Shown piece after piece: positions 1-20,225 of a stretch of DNA of 64,000 bases. A program made the position numbers and the translations under genes. Origin of the DNA: the human T2T-CHM13v2.0 reference genome, Homo sapiens. Under the pieces are notes generated by a model. The model was not told where the DNA came from, searched no databases, and saw only the letters and a list, made by a program, of their open reading frames with translations. How positions within the stretch are numbered: the stretch's first letter is position 1; every line of letters begins with the position of its first letter. The stretch lies in the NCBI RefSeq assembly GCF_009914755.1, contig NC_060929.1; one strand, written 5' to 3'.

Positions 1-124
1 CCTACTAAAAGTAAAAAATGTAACTACTGTGGGCTGGGGTGGTTAAGGAATGTTTCATTGAAGAGTAAAATCTGGCTTTGAGGAATGAACTGGATTTTGC
101 TGTATTATATTGACAATGGGTTGG

Positions 125-685
125 TGCATTAGTCAGGGTTCTCTAGAGGGACAGAACTAATAGGATTTATGTATATATGAAAGTGAGTTTATTAAGGAGA
201 ATTGACTCACATGATCATAGGATGAAGTCTCACGATAGGCCATCTGCAAGCTGAGGAACAAGGAAGCCACTAGTAGCTCAGTCCAGGTCCCAAAACCTCA
301 AAAGTAGGGAAACTGACAGTGCAGCCTTCATTCTGTGGTGGAAAGCGCTCAAGGCCCTGGCAAACCACTGGTGTGAGTCCAAGAGTCCAAAAACCAAAGA
401 AGCTAAAGTCAGATGTTCAAGGGCAGGAAGCATCCGGCACAGGAGAGAAAGGTGAAGGCCAGAAGACTCAGCAAGTTGACTCATTCCACCTTCTTCCGCC
501 TGCTTTTTCTAGCCATGCTAGCAGCTGATTGGATGGTACCCACCCACACTGAGGGTGTGTCTGCCTCTCCCTGTCCATTGACTGAAATGTTAATCTCCTC
601 TGGCAACACCCTCCCAGACACACTCAGGAACAATACTTTGCATCTTTTAATTCAATCAAGTAGACCCTTAATATTAACCATCACA
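125..685 (-). mobile_element. Solo LTR, MLT2A-type (ERVL)
   Basis: Minus strand begins TGTGATGGTTAATATT and ends ...CCCTGACTAATGCA. The ~560 bp element is flanked by a 5-bp TSD-like pair, gttgg/attgg. Confidence 0.85.
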
Positions 686-700
686 ATTGGTGTTAGCAAT

Positions 701-1524
<824 letters not shown>

Positions 1525-1759
1525 TAATCTATTGGGGAATACCTTTGTTCTGCTTGATTTGTATCTGGATAGAGGTCAAGTGTGCAGAGGGAAAGAAAGA
1601 TTTAAAAAAATTGGCTTAAGGCCAGAATGTGGAAGGCCCTGAATTTTGTGATTAAGAGTTTGAGCCTGATAGACAGTGGGATACCACTGAAGGACTGAAG
1701 CAGTGAAGTCATGTGTGCCAGTATTGCTTTAGGAAAATCAAACTGGCAATAATTTATAG

Positions 1760-2082
1760 CAGCAATGCCCAATATTTTTGGCACCAGGGACTGGTTTTGT
1801 AGGAGACAATTTTTCCACAGACTGGGGAGGATGGTGTCAGAGGCATTAGATTCTCTTAAGGAGCATGCAACTTAGATCCCTTGTATGCACAGTTCATAAT
1901 AGGGTTCGTGCTCCTATGAGAACCTAATGCCATGGCTGATCTGACAGGAGGAAGGTCTTAGGCCACAATGCTCCCTCACCCACTGCTCACCCCCTGCTGT
2001 GTGGCCTAGTTCCTAACAGGACATGGAGTGGTACTGGTCTGTGGCCCTGGGTCACAGACCAGTTGTAAATCAGGGACCCCTG
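1760..2082 (+). mobile_element. MER1B (hAT-Charlie MITE)
   Basis: CAG...GGGACCCCTG termini and a perfect 8-bp TSD, atttatag (1752-1759 / 2083-2090). Confidence 0.85.
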
Positions 2083-2222
2083 ATTTATAGGATACTTCTA
2101 GAGAAGGAAGTGAGAGTCAGGGAACCAATTTAGAAATCGATTGATCCTTGAGTTGTAAGATAAGGAAAGTTGGAATTAGAATGGTGGCTGTGGGAATAGA
2201 AAGCAAGGGATGGAGTCAGAAA

Positions 2223-4823
<2,601 letters not shown>

Positions 4824-4996
4824 GTCAGAAGATGTTTTGCTGGGAGAATCAACAGGACTTTGTGATTCACCGTAAGAAACAATGTAGCAGTCAGGTAGTA
4901 TGTTTTATGCTTCCAACACCACAGCAATAGCACATCTTGCAACAGCTTAACTGAAGCCTCTGTTTAGAGTAAATAGCACAATTTTACTATATGTTC

Positions 4997-5400
4997 TTTT
5001 TTTAAAATTGAGGTAAATACACATAATATAAAATTTACCCTCTTAACAATCTTTAAGTGTACATTTCAGTAATGTTAAGTATATTCACATTGTTGTGCAC
5101 CCAATCTCTAAAACATTTTCATCTTGCAAAACTGAAACTCTCTACCCATTAAACAAAAACTGCCCATTTTACCACCCTTCCCATCCCCTGGCAACCACCA
5201 TTCTACTTTCTATTTCTATGAGTTTGACTATTCTGGATAGCTCATATAAGTGGAATTATATAGCATGTGTCTTTTTGTGGCTTATTTCACTTAGCGTAAT
5301 GTTACCAAGCTTCATCCATCTTGTAGCATGGTCCTTTTTAAAGGCTAAATGATATTCCACCATGTATATATACTACATTCTGTTTCTTCATTCATATGTC
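4997..5400 (-). mobile_element. L1M (L1MB-like) 3' end fragment
   Basis: Typical antisense L1MB 3' UTR motifs (ctttaagtgtacatttcagt, ctggcaaccaccattctactttct). Confidence 0.75.
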
Positions 5401-5656
5401 AATGCTCCCAGCTTAATAAACTCAATAAACTCACTTGTAATTACAGTCAAAACTTGCCTCAATTGCTTCTGACTTTCTACAAGAAATTTAAGGTGATTTA
5501 CAGAAACTCCAATAAAATGTAGTAAGTGAAGGATTCAGGACAAATGGAAAATGTGTATAACAAAACAGTAAAGCCAGGATCCAGTGAAAATTTGGCTGAA
5601 AAGGTTTCTAAAAATCATGTATCCACAAAGTGGCTAGATTGACCTAGAGCTACTAA

Positions 5657-6019
<363 letters not shown>

Positions 6020-6626
6020 TGATGATAATTGCATGGCATATAGGAGTAATGAGGCTGCTCTCCACCTACGGGAGCTGGCCCCAGACTGCACCCCTATACT
6101 CTGAGGACTGAAGGAACTGGCATCTCAGGAGTATGACCTGATCCTAGCATGCCAGTGGCTGTCACTTATGGTGTGGGAAGCTATTGCAGCTTATCCCCTT
6201 GGAGGGGCCTTGCTGTCACACCGTTGTACATATTTCAATTGTCCATAAATGGCCCAAAATGTCATATTTCTATCTCCAGCAACGAAACTGTGGAGCAGTG
6301 GAAAGCACCCAGGCTTTGGAGTTCAAAAGAGTGTAGGTGTTTCTGTTTCTGTCACTTACTAGCTATGTGACAAATACCAGACTAGATACATATCGAAGCA
6401 GCTCAATAGGAACTTTAGTTCCTATTTCATTCATCATTGATTCATTCATACAACATATTTATTGAGTACTTATTTTGTGCCAAGCACTACCAGGTTTGGG
6501 AGACATACCTGCTAAGTTGAAGTCTATTAGAGAACTTTTCTGATCAGGATATTTGTGTTCTAACTCAGGCGGTGTAACGGTACCTATGTGACTTTGAGTG
6601 AATCATTTCAACCTCCTGGGCCATCG

Positions 6627-7306
<680 letters not shown>

Positions 7307-7528
7307 CTGTCTTTGTTTTCCTATTTATAAAGTGAGGATGTTGGGCTAGATTTCTCTATTGCCTTTCAACTCCCTATTTGGTAATTCTGTGATTTAATAG
7401 AGAAGAGAGAAGTATCATTGTTAATTATTGTTACCCATTGAAGGAGCTGAGTCACACTCCCATACTCCACATTAAACACAAAACATTTTGGACAAGGACT
7501 TTATATTATCTGATAAGCCCAATTACTC

Positions 7529-7832
<304 letters not shown>

Positions 7833-8092
7833 AAGCCCAATTACTCTTTTGCAGGGATACACAAGTATAAAAGTAATTTTAATAAACATTACTCTGAAAC
7901 TGTTTCTCCACTTCGATTCCTTAGGTCTTTATGAACTTTACTCTACCCAAACATAGCTTTCAAAGATTGCAGGTGTGTCCTAAGAACTGCAAGGGCCCTG
8001 AGTTTATCTAAATAAAATATTAGAATCACAATGCAATTTTAATTTTCAGTTTAAAAGAACCAACTCCAGAGTGAATTGTTAATAAGGTATAA

Positions 8093-8786
<694 letters not shown>

Positions 8787-8916
8787 ACAAATATAGTTTT
8801 TAATTTACTGTCAATCTGAGAAAAAGGCTGGGACAAGATAATCCTCCTCAAATAAAATAGCCACTGGCCTCATCAAATTCTGTGTTGTGGGCCTTGCATC
8901 AGTCTTCAAATGTAAC

Positions 8917-9253
<337 letters not shown>

Positions 9254-11684
9254 CTATAGGTTCATTAATGACCAGTCTTATGAACCTTGTACTGAACTAG
9301 AAGCAAAAAAAGGATTTCCATTATACTGTTACAAATGGCTGTAAATATGGAGGACCCATTATGTGGCAAGTATTATGCTGTGGCTCTACATATGTGGTCT
9401 TTGCTCTCACCATATTCCTACAGAGTGAGTATTACTCCAGTTTTCCAGATGAGGAAACCAAAGTGTCTAGAGGTTCAATAATTTGCTTACATACCAAATA
9501 ATGGAGCATATTTTAAACGAAGGCTGTAATGTATATGTTCTCCTTCTTGTTAAAGAAGGTCCCCATCCTGCTGAAGAAGAAAACCTGAAACTTCTTTTAC
9601 TACCTTTATCTGCCAGGAAGATGGAAGGCTAAAGAGCACTTTCTCTTGCTTAGATTTTGATCATCACTGATTTCCTCCCTGGAGTAGAAGAGTCGTTATA
9701 CTCTGAAATTTGTATATGCACGATGTGGATATAGGGAGTATAAAATATATCTACTGTGTAAAGGACATGGGTGCCTTGTTTTTTGTGCTTAGGATGACAT
9801 TTGATTAAACAGGTGAAATGCAACCATTTTCATATATGAAACAGCATCCCCCTTTAAGAAAACAGCCTTCTCTGAAGCTTCTCTTACAGCTCTCCTTGGA
9901 TTAGTTTTATTCTGACTTGACAGGAGCTACTAGCTACACACTCAGTGGGTAGGGATGAGAGCCCCAGACCCCAGTCCTGAGTACTAGAGTATGCTGAGGA
10001 TTATACAGTCTCCTTGAGGTGGGAGTGAACTGAGAACTCTACAGAAGAAAATAGCTTTTCCTTCTGGCTAATAGATGAAAAGAGTCACCCCATCACATCA
10101 AAGGTACCCATGTTCATCTGCCTACAGTGAGGCTGTGGCCATCCATCTGCAATGTCACCAACTTGGCAGCCCAGCCAGCCACATCTGGAAAAGTTAAGTG
10201 AGCTGCAGAATTAACACATGTTGGGGAATGTCCTCAGCACAGTGTATTGACAACAGGCTAACACAATTTCTCCCTCTATTTGCATCAAACCTAATAAGTT
10301 ACTTAAAAGTTAAAGATTCAAGAGTTAGACAAGTTATTGAAGAGACTCTGTATGTACTATAGCCAACAGCGATTCTTTGAAAAGTAAGACATGGCAGGCC
10401 CAGAAGGATTAATGAAATCCACAGAAAGGGTGACCAGTTCATGGGAAGCCAGGAAGGGATCTATGAAAAACAGGTGTGTGCACTCCAAGAGGACAGAGGC
10501 TTTAGGTATCCCTCTTGGTCTGCACCTAACACACCGCACAACTCTCCATCTATCTTATCATAGTTTGAAATCCTTCTAGAGAACTGGGCATGTGCACTCT
10601 CTGAATGACAGCACATGTACCCTAAAAAGTTATCACAGCTCCTCTCATCACCCTGCATGGTTTCAGTTTTCTATGTCTAAATTCCCAGCAAACCCCTCAA
10701 ATCAGGATCCATGCTTTAAGGCTTTATATATGTATTTGTTTTTGTAGATTTGACAGTCTTGAGCATGGTGCCTCATGGAAGACACCATGTAGCAAGCTCC
10801 TCTTGTTCTAATTTGGTATCAGATATGACAGGCCGGCACAAGGGCAATGGAAGTGGAAAGTTAATCCGGCAGTAGCTCTAATCTTGCTCTTCTATAAGCT
10901 CCTCAGCTAAGGGAAGGATTCTCTTTCATTCTAAAGCCTTCTTAAATGTTGTTCTTTCTGTTCATCCATCCATAGGCACTTTCTATTGATTTAAAAAGAT
11001 AAGTTTTCTCCATGGAGCCCAATAGTTCACAGCACCCACTTCCTGATATGTCCTCTTGGGGAATTTTGGAAAAGAAAAGGAAGTTTATGGCTGGTGAAGG
11101 GGTGTGCAAAAGAAATTCCTTTGCCTCTCTAAAAAGTCTTCTGACTGCAGGGGCAGCTCCACGGTGCATTTAGCTCTCAGGTTCCTCTTCGATCCTTGCT
11201 CAATCTCTGATTTCCCCGTGCTCTTTCCCACTGCTCTGTGTTTCTTTTCAGGAAAGAGTCATTTGGAGAACCTTTGCCATGGTCTACTTCACCCTCCACA
11301 GGGAATTGGTAAGGCAAGGAACTTTGGCAGAGGTAAGAGTTCAATTTAGGGATTGGCTATTTACTCCAATTCAAGAAAGAGAGGCATGGTAAAAAAACAA
11401 AACAAAATAAAACAAAAACCAGTAAGACAAGACTTTCCCTTTTTCACACATGGACTGAGAGAAGATTCTTTCTAGGAAAGCTCAATTTGATCAACTTTCT
11501 TTTTCTAAGGAATTGTGGTTGAATTTAGCTACCTAATGGGAGGAATGACTGAACAAAGGCTAAGTGAGGCCCATGTGAGTGGTTAAGTGGCAGAAGTAGA
11601 ATTCAACTCTAGATCTCCTAATCCAGTTCCCCAGTAGTTTTGCATTGTTTGGCGTGGCCAATGGGCTGTGTGTATGTTTCCCTA

Positions 11685-12018
<334 letters not shown>

Positions 12019-13451
12019 GCTGAGCTCATGGAGGTCTGAGTAGCTCTCCTTTGTATACCTACATTTAATCTAAGGACGTGATTTTATTTGAAGAAAGAGT
12101 TTCATAGTGAAAGAAAGATTGCCTTGTCTATGCCGTGTGACCTCCAATTTTAGGAAGATTCTACTAAGATAAACTCTGGAAGCCATTCTCAGGTAGGTCT
12201 GTGTGCACTCATATCTTTACTAGTATCACTTGTATCAGACTTGGTCTGGTCCTTTTTGTCCAAAAAGCCATATTGGAATAAAAAGCATTTACCTTTGGGC
12301 CATTGATTCACATACATGTGAATCAATGTCCCCCTGAATGACTGAAGATGTTCTAATTTGTCATTTTGCCATTTCTGACAATCACTGCTGAGATTTTAAT
12401 ATTTATTCTCTGTAAGAATGGCAGTATGGTTCTGAGTGTGGGCTTTGGTCAGAAACCCTGGGTTTGCAGCTGGCTCTACCACTTACTATGTCACCTTAGG
12501 CAACTTAAAAAACAAATCAAAACAACAAAACAGAATAATATTTTGTAAAAAACGCTTTCTGTCATATAGGGCTGAAGATGAAGTGAGCTAATATATTTAA
12601 AGCACAGAGCAAGTGCTCCATATGTATTTGCTGTTATTACTATTGTTGTTGTCATTATTATTTGAGGGACCCATGCAGAGGCCCTGCATAATGTCTGGCA
12701 TCAAGTTCTGAAATGGGCTCAGCCTCATCATCCAAAAGCTCTAAATTCTTGGCTTGGGCCAGTAAGTTGTTGCTGTCATAGGTAATGATGTTTAGAACAG
12801 AGTTGTACCCACAATAGCGTAAGCCTGGTGGACTCAGTATATGAGTAATTCACCTCTGGAAAGGAGTAAGCTGGCAACCAGCTCCCACTTCCCCAAAGTG
12901 GTGGTGGAGCTAACAATGGCAGCCAGAAGCACTGTTCTCTCACCAGCAGGCAAGTGCAGTCTTTCGATCTGCTGTAGTTGGCTCAGCTAAAACTCACACT
13001 TCCAATTTTCACACTATCTGTAAACGTTTAATTCGAAAGGCTTTCCTATTTAATATCAAACAAGTGAAAAAAATCTCATCAGCTCATCAGTGCTGTGCCA
13101 GACTTTCATTGGGATATGGAGGCAACTGGAACTCAGCTGTGCAGAGACCTCAGTAGGATTTCTCAAATGGCTGAGTGGAGAGCAATCCATCAGCTTACTG
13201 AAATCTCACATGCCATTTGGTTTAAATATTAAGGTTCCTTTGAGGTTAAGTATTAGAACCAGAAGGAAGGCAGGATTACAATCCGTTAGGCTGGGCTCCA
13301 CATGCTGCAATTGTCACAAATATACCTCTTTTCAGCAAGAGGGGTCACTGCCAGCCCCAAATCACCCCAACTTCCTTTACCAATCAGGCCTGGACTTCCA
13401 CATCCCCATCAACCTGTCCCTGAGGCTGCTCAACCCACAGTCCAGACTGAC

Positions 13452-13760
13452 AGACAGTCCAATAGAAATATAATGTGAGCCACCAATGGGAGGCACATGT
13501 CATTCTAAATTTTCTAGTAGCCACAGTGCAAAAAAGTAAAAAGAAACAGGTGAAATAAATTTTAATAATATATTTTATTTAATCCAACATATCCAAAATA
13601 GCTCCATTTTATATTATCAATATAAAAATTAAAAATGAGATATTTCACTTTTTTTGTGCTAAGTCTTTGCAATCTGGTGTGTGTTTTATATACACACACA
13701 CCTCTGTTGGGGCTAGCCACCTTTCCAGTGTTTAATAGCTACTGTATTGGACAGAGCAGG
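13452..13760. mobile_element. MER33 (hAT-Charlie)
   Basis: gtccaatagaaatataatgtgagccac...ctagtagccac...gtattggacag, with inverted termini. Confidence 0.75.
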
Positions 13761-15074
13761 GCTAGGCTATAGACTAGATTAATTCCACACATTGCACTAC
13801 ATCTTGAAGCAGCAGGCCAGTGGTGAAAACACCCAGCTGAGTCTGAGGAAGGGTCTTGAGAGGCTGAGAAGAATTGAGAGGACCCTGTGAAACAGAATCT
13901 GTCACCACAGCTCCTTTTGAAGTGCATTTGGGTTTGCAATAACTTTTATAAACATCATTGCTCCTCTCCCCTTTGTTTCACAGTTTGGGGACCCTATTTA
14001 TCTCTGACGGACAAGAGTATTATTTTCTCAGCTGCAAATCATGTTAATTGGCCAGTAGATAGATAGGAATGTGGAGTAAACACCCCTAATACCTTTGATG
14101 ACTTTTCCAGCCCCATACTGTAGATACTGTATTGAAGTGGGAGAATAGCCCCCTATTCCTGCTTAGGATGACAAGCCCCTGTCTACTGCAAGGAGGTGGT
14201 GGGGTCATGAATGCATTCTAATGTGAATGCATTTCACAATTTGGAGAATCCCTTGTTCTTTGCTTTTATTTGACACTCAGATAACTTGGATGATTTGGCC
14301 AGAGTAACTGTGAAAATGCAAGTTATCAGGAGTCTTTGAGACAAGATAAGGATGGAAGGTTGTTGTAGTGCATAGTGGCATTTGGTTAAAGCATTAATTT
14401 CTTTTCAGGAGAGTCACTCTGCCAGTTGCCTTTCCTTCCATAACACCGCCAGTCTTTCAGCTCTCAGGTCACTGGGGGCCTGATCAATTCCAAGGGATGA
14501 TAAAAGGTCTTTCTTTTCCAAAGTGGGAGAAGACGGGTTGTGAAGAAGAAGGAAAGGCGAAGGGGAAAAACGCCAACCTAATCTCTGGCAGACCAATTGT
14601 AGGAACAAATACCTATGTGAGTTGAAGATATAGCAATTGGTTTCCATAAAACTATCCTGCCTTGTGTCCACTGGAACATCTTCCTACAACACAAGGGTAG
14701 GTATAACATAGTTTCATATCTGTTGGCTTAGAGCATACCATAATCTTCTCCATTGAGTCATAAACTGTTTTTCTTCAGAGTCCTCAGTATGACCCTGTTC
14801 CTCTTCCTCAGATCCAAATCCTCATTCCAGTTCCAGAAGGACTTTTCCAAAGGGCAACACAGCAGTGTGGCACACAGAGCCCCAAAACTACAGAAGACCT
14901 GCATACTCCAACTCCCGGGCAATGCTCAACCACAACTTCAGGAAGAACACAGCTGTTACGGGTTGAGTTTATTAGCACCTAGAAAAAACAAATTTCCCTA
15001 TTCCGAATTCTCCTTCATCATTGTCCACCCTCTTCTGCCCTCTGCTGCCCACAAATAATTAAAAATAGTGATGG

Positions 15075-15245
15075 TCAGAATTGCCTGGGGAGTTTGTTAA
15101 AATACAGACTCCTAGGCCTCCCATTCACAGAGATTCAGATTCAGTAGATCTAGGAGCATGGCCCAGGAATCTGCACTGTAAGAGTATTCCAGGCTCTCTT
15201 TTTTTGTTGTTTTGCTAGTCGTCTACAGACCACGCCCTTGGAAAC
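15075..15245. mobile_element. MER5-like fragment
   Basis: ttgttaaaatacagactcctaggcc...agattcagattcagtagatct...ccaggaatctgca motifs. Confidence 0.55.
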
Positions 15246-16021
15246 CTTGCTGGACGTCTACTGGAGTAATGCTATTTCAATGTCAAGAGTATAATGTCAA
15301 TATCAATGTGTAGTTTTTTTTCTGAGAATTTAAAAGGTTGTGTTATGATTTCAGGGTTGTGTTGTATTTAAGGAAGTGTACTTACGCACCTTCCTGATCC
15401 CCAATAGACATCAAAATCATTAAAAGGACCTATTTTTTTAATTCCCAAAAGTTTCAAAAACCATCTTAGAGGGCAGCCAGACTTCGTCATGGGTTACCAG
15501 AGCAAGGTGTCTGCTCATTATTTTGCCCCTTGCTGGGAAGTATCAAAGGGATTGCCATGCCCCTGTGGCCTCCTTCAAGGAGTTTTTTATGCTTTGTTCC
15601 ATGTGACCCTGCTCTCCTGGCCATAGTCCATGGGACTAAGGATGGGTGCCCTATATGGAACCTGCATCTATAAGACAGCAGCGATTTATGAGTGATCAGT
15701 CCAACAAGAGTGCTCTGCATTAGAGAAGGACTGGTATATCTTCCCTCTGAGTTTGCATGCATCACAGAAAGGGGAAGTCAGCTAAGGGGAGGTCAGCAGG
15801 CAAAGTAGAGTACACACAGCAATACTGCATCAGCATCGTCATATGGTGGGACACCAGGGTGAGCAACTGCAGTAACTAACAATTTAGTGTGTAAGAGCTA
15901 CCATACTACAGCCATTGTAAGAGCTAGTATTTATTAAGCATCTACTACTGGGCAGACAAGGTGCCAAGTGTTTTTTTTTCTTATAGTATTTCATTTAACC
16001 TATATAAAGACCTTATAGTTA

Positions 16022-16351
<330 letters not shown>

Positions 16352-16820
16352 TTACAGATGAAGAAACTGAGCCTTGACAAGGTTAACAATTTGCTCAAGG
16401 TCAGCAAGTAATTTCAATGCTGAAATTCAAACCCAGTTAGTTTGTTTCAGGCTCATATGTGTATTGAAGACAGGGCTGGCTACATAATTTGCAGAGACCA
16501 GTGCAAAATGGAAATGTGGGACTCCTTGTTCAAAAAACTGGGAAAAAGTGACATTGATATAAAGCTTTTTCTTTTCTTCCAAGGTTTTGATCTTGCCTAG
16601 TCACGGTAATTTCTATTTGCTAGTCAATGTCATTCTAAATCAAGAAAAATGACACACTAAAATTATTAGCATAAATGTTACCATTCATCTTTTCACTGTG
16701 TAATGTCAGTTTTAAATGCCAGTTGTAGTTGTAACTCATATGCAGAATCATTGAAATTGCACAATTGAGATTTTATAGCTCATACATACATTTGTATTTT
16801 GCACAAAACTAACTTATCTG

Positions 16821-17125
16821 TTTTTTGTTTTTTGGTTTTTTTTTTTGAGACAGTCTCGCTCTATCGCCCAGGCTGGAGTGCAGAGGCACAATCACGGCTC
16901 ACTACAACTTTGCCTCCGAGGTTCAAGCAATTCTCGTGCCTCAGCTTCCCGAGTAGCTGGGATTACAGGTGCCTGCCACCATGCCTGGCTAATTTTGGTA
17001 TTTTCAGTAGGGACTAGGTTTCACCATGTTGGCCAGGCTGGTCTTGAACTCCTGACCTCAAGTGATCCACCCACCTCGGCCTCTCAAAATGCTGAGGTTA
17101 CACACGTGGGCCACTGTGCCCAGCC
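16821..17125 (-). mobile_element. Alu (AluS)
   Basis: Antisense dimer with TSD atctgtttt. Confidence 0.95.
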
Positions 17126-17743
17126 TCATCTGTTTTTATTTGACTTCTTGATACATGTATATTACACCAACACTCTACTTTTGGCTACTGACAGGAAGGA
17201 AGAAAAGAACAGGAACTAGGGGTTGTCCTGTCTTCCCCTTCCTTCCATGGCATTATTTTCAGTGTAAGAGGTTGGTTAAAACAGGGAAGTTAAACAGATT
17301 AGAAGGGATATGATAGGCTTCCTTGCTTGTTGGTGTTTCTTAGAATGCCATTGCCTTCTTTCTGCATTTGAAACAAGTTCGGGTTCAGTTGGAAAGCATG
17401 GCCTCTGAGGTATGCCAGTGTCCTCTCTTTCTGGTCATAGACTCAACACAACTACTTTGTACTGTTTTGAGCCTTGCTGAACTCTTGTCCATCACGGGCC
17501 CATCCACCGAAATCCTGTGCCCAGGGGACATCGAAAATGCTGTAGATGAACAGGCAGACAAGAACATGCGTATTGCAATATCTTCTCTATTTGCATGAAG
17601 GCTCCATTGTCCCATGGACTTTACTTATAATACAACACAAGTGCTATAATAAAGTTATTAAGAATTCCAAGATGGTGACAGCAGAGCATTAAGCCAAGCA
17701 CATGGCCCTTCTGAACACAGGACATTGTGTGAATGCATTAGAT

Positions 17744-18073
17744 CAGTGGGCCCCAACCTTATTAACATCAGGGACTTGTTTCGTGGAAGACAATTTTTCC
17801 ATGGACAGTGGGAGAGAGGGGTGAGGGATGATGGTTTCAGGGTGAAACTGTTGTACCTCAGATCATCAGGCATTAGATTCTCATAAAGAGCATGCAACCT
17901 AGATCCTAGCATGCACAGTTCACAATAGGGTTCACGCTCCTGTGATAATCTAATGCCACTGCTGATCTGACAGCAAATGGAGCTCATGGGTAATGGTCTC
18001 CTGCTGCCCACCTCCTGCTGTGAGGCCTGGTTCCTTACAGGCGAGTCTGTGGCCCTGGGGTTGGGGACCCCTG
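17744..18073 (+). mobile_element. MER1B
   Basis: Homologous to 1760-2082. TSD cattagat/cactaggt. Confidence 0.85.
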
Positions 18074-19110
18074 CACTAGGTTGCACACCTGTGAAGCTGC
18101 ACCTGAATGGGATAATGACTAGTAGAGAAGTTTTTGTCATCTAGCTGTTGTTGGATGATATAAAGTCCTGCTGCCTCTTGAAATATGCAGTTCCTGTTAG
18201 CCCAACAGCCCAGTTATGCAGCCTCAGAAATGGATACCTGCCCACTTTATTTGTTGGTGGTTTTATTTGTTGGCTTATAATTAAATCCCATTATCTGAGG
18301 CAACTAGAGTGTGTTCAACAAAGCACTTTCTGGGCAGTTTGTAGGGCTCCTTGACCTCTGGAACTCTTCCATGAGTGGGTGGGAATAGCACCCTGCAGAA
18401 CCTTTGCTCATCTGCCAATATCATGTGGTTCACCCAGTCACCTCCGGAGGCATCCAAGCCTGTGTTTGTTGTTCAGGACCAAGGGGCTGTGAAGCAATGG
18501 GTTGGTAACAAGGGCAAGGAGGCTGGTTTTCATGTTCTTTCTTCATTACCTCAGCTCCTCAGTTTGGCCTTAGTAGTTTTGTTGTTCCCTTTGACAAATG
18601 TTCTCCTGCTACACCTCTCATATTAACACATTTCCTTGCCTCCCTGTTACCTGTGACCACCCTAGAGCTTCTCCTTTCAACCCACCCTCTGCCCAGGCTA
18701 CTTTCCCTAAGTAAATGTTTTGATTATGCTGCTCTTCTTTAAAGCATTCAGTGGGTCTCCACTGCCCACTACATTTCATCCCACTTCCTCATCCTGGCAT
18801 TCAAGGCTTTCCACAATTTGACTTCAGCCTACCTTCCCCTTTGTGTTTTCATTCTCTCCTTTTGGGCAAGGGACTACTATGTATGATCTTTGCCTCTTTT
18901 GTGCCTCTACTCTTTTTCCTTTCTTCCCCTCCTTTCACACTTATTTTCTACATTGGATTAATCACAAGTACATGGTGTTTATTTGTGTCTTTCCACTCTA
19001 CAAAAACATATATAACATATATTGCATATCTATCCTGTGGTCAACATCATGTAAAGGTGGGAGGGAAGTGTTTGAGTTAAACAATTTAGTGCACAGAATT
19101 AAATATTGTT

Positions 19111-19411
19111 GACTGTGTGCAGTGGCTCATACCTGTAATCCCAGCATTTTGGGAGGCTGAGGCACGCGGATCACGAGGTCAGGAGTTTGAGACCAGTCTG
19201 GCCAATGTAGTGAAACCCTATCTCTACTAAAAATACAAAAAAAAAAATAGCCAGGCTTGGTGGCGGGTGCCCGTAATCCCAGCTGCTTAGGAGGCTGAGG
19301 CAAGGAGAATCGCTTGAACCTGGGAGGCGGAGGTTGCAGTGAGCCAAGATCGTGCCACTGCACTCCAGCCCCAGGCAACAGTGCGAGACTCCGTCTCAAA
19401 AAAAAAAAAAA
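19111..19411 (+). mobile_element. Alu (AluS)
   Basis: TSD agaattaaatattgtt. Confidence 0.95.
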
Positions 19412-19930
19412 GAATTAAATATTGTTCAGTTCTCCCACTTCCCCAGAAAATGATGACCAAAGCTATTTTGTTTGTGTAAAGTCTAGCTAGAATGTAGGTT
19501 ATCAGAAAAGCAAACTAAAACAAGATTTCACTTTCACCTTTTAAATCAGGATAGATTAAAATAATTCCATAGCCCAAAGTCACAGGTAATAAATAGGAAC
19601 CAGCCTCTAATCACTGGTAGGAATTATGAATTGTTACAGCTAAGGAGGGCAATCTGAGAATTATGTTTTAAAAGCTTTCAAAGTGTTTACAATTTTTGAC
19701 CCTGGAACTCCACTTGTAAGTATCCATTCTACAAAAAGCATCAAGGAATGTGCACAAATATTCTTATACAAAGACATTTAAAACAGAAATCCAAATACCC
19801 AACAATATGGAACCATTGCAATAATGGTATTGCTCAGTGCTAGGCAGCCATTAAAAATCATGTTTTAGGAAAAAATTCAACAGCATGGAAAATGCTTCTA
19901 ATATGTTAGTAAATAAAAAGCATGTTCCAC

Positions 19931-20225
19931 GGCCAGGCGCGGTGGCTCATGCCTGTAATCCCAGCACTTTTGGAGGCCAAGGTGGGTGGATCATCAGATC
20001 ACGCGATCGAGACCATCCTGGCTAACACGGTGAAACCCTGTCTCTATTAAAAAAATGGAAAAAATTGGCCGGGCGTGGTGGCAGGCACCTGTAGTCCCAG
20101 CTACTCGGGAGGCTGAGGCAGGAGAATGGCGTGAACCTGGGAGGTGAGCTTGCAATGAGCCAAGATGGTGCCACTGCCCTCCAGCCTGGGCGACAGAGCG
20201 AGACTCCGTCTCAAAAAAAAAAAAA
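19931..20225 (+). mobile_element. AluY
   Basis: TSD aaaaagcatgttcca, lying within old L1-like sequence. Confidence 0.95.

Larger units (their letters stand above)
16471..18105 (-). mobile_element. MER45B-like transposon with nested Alu and MER1B
   Basis: CAGGGCTGGCTACATAATTTGC terminus. Reverse-complement homology to 2223-2860 and 4453-4823. Confidence 0.75.
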
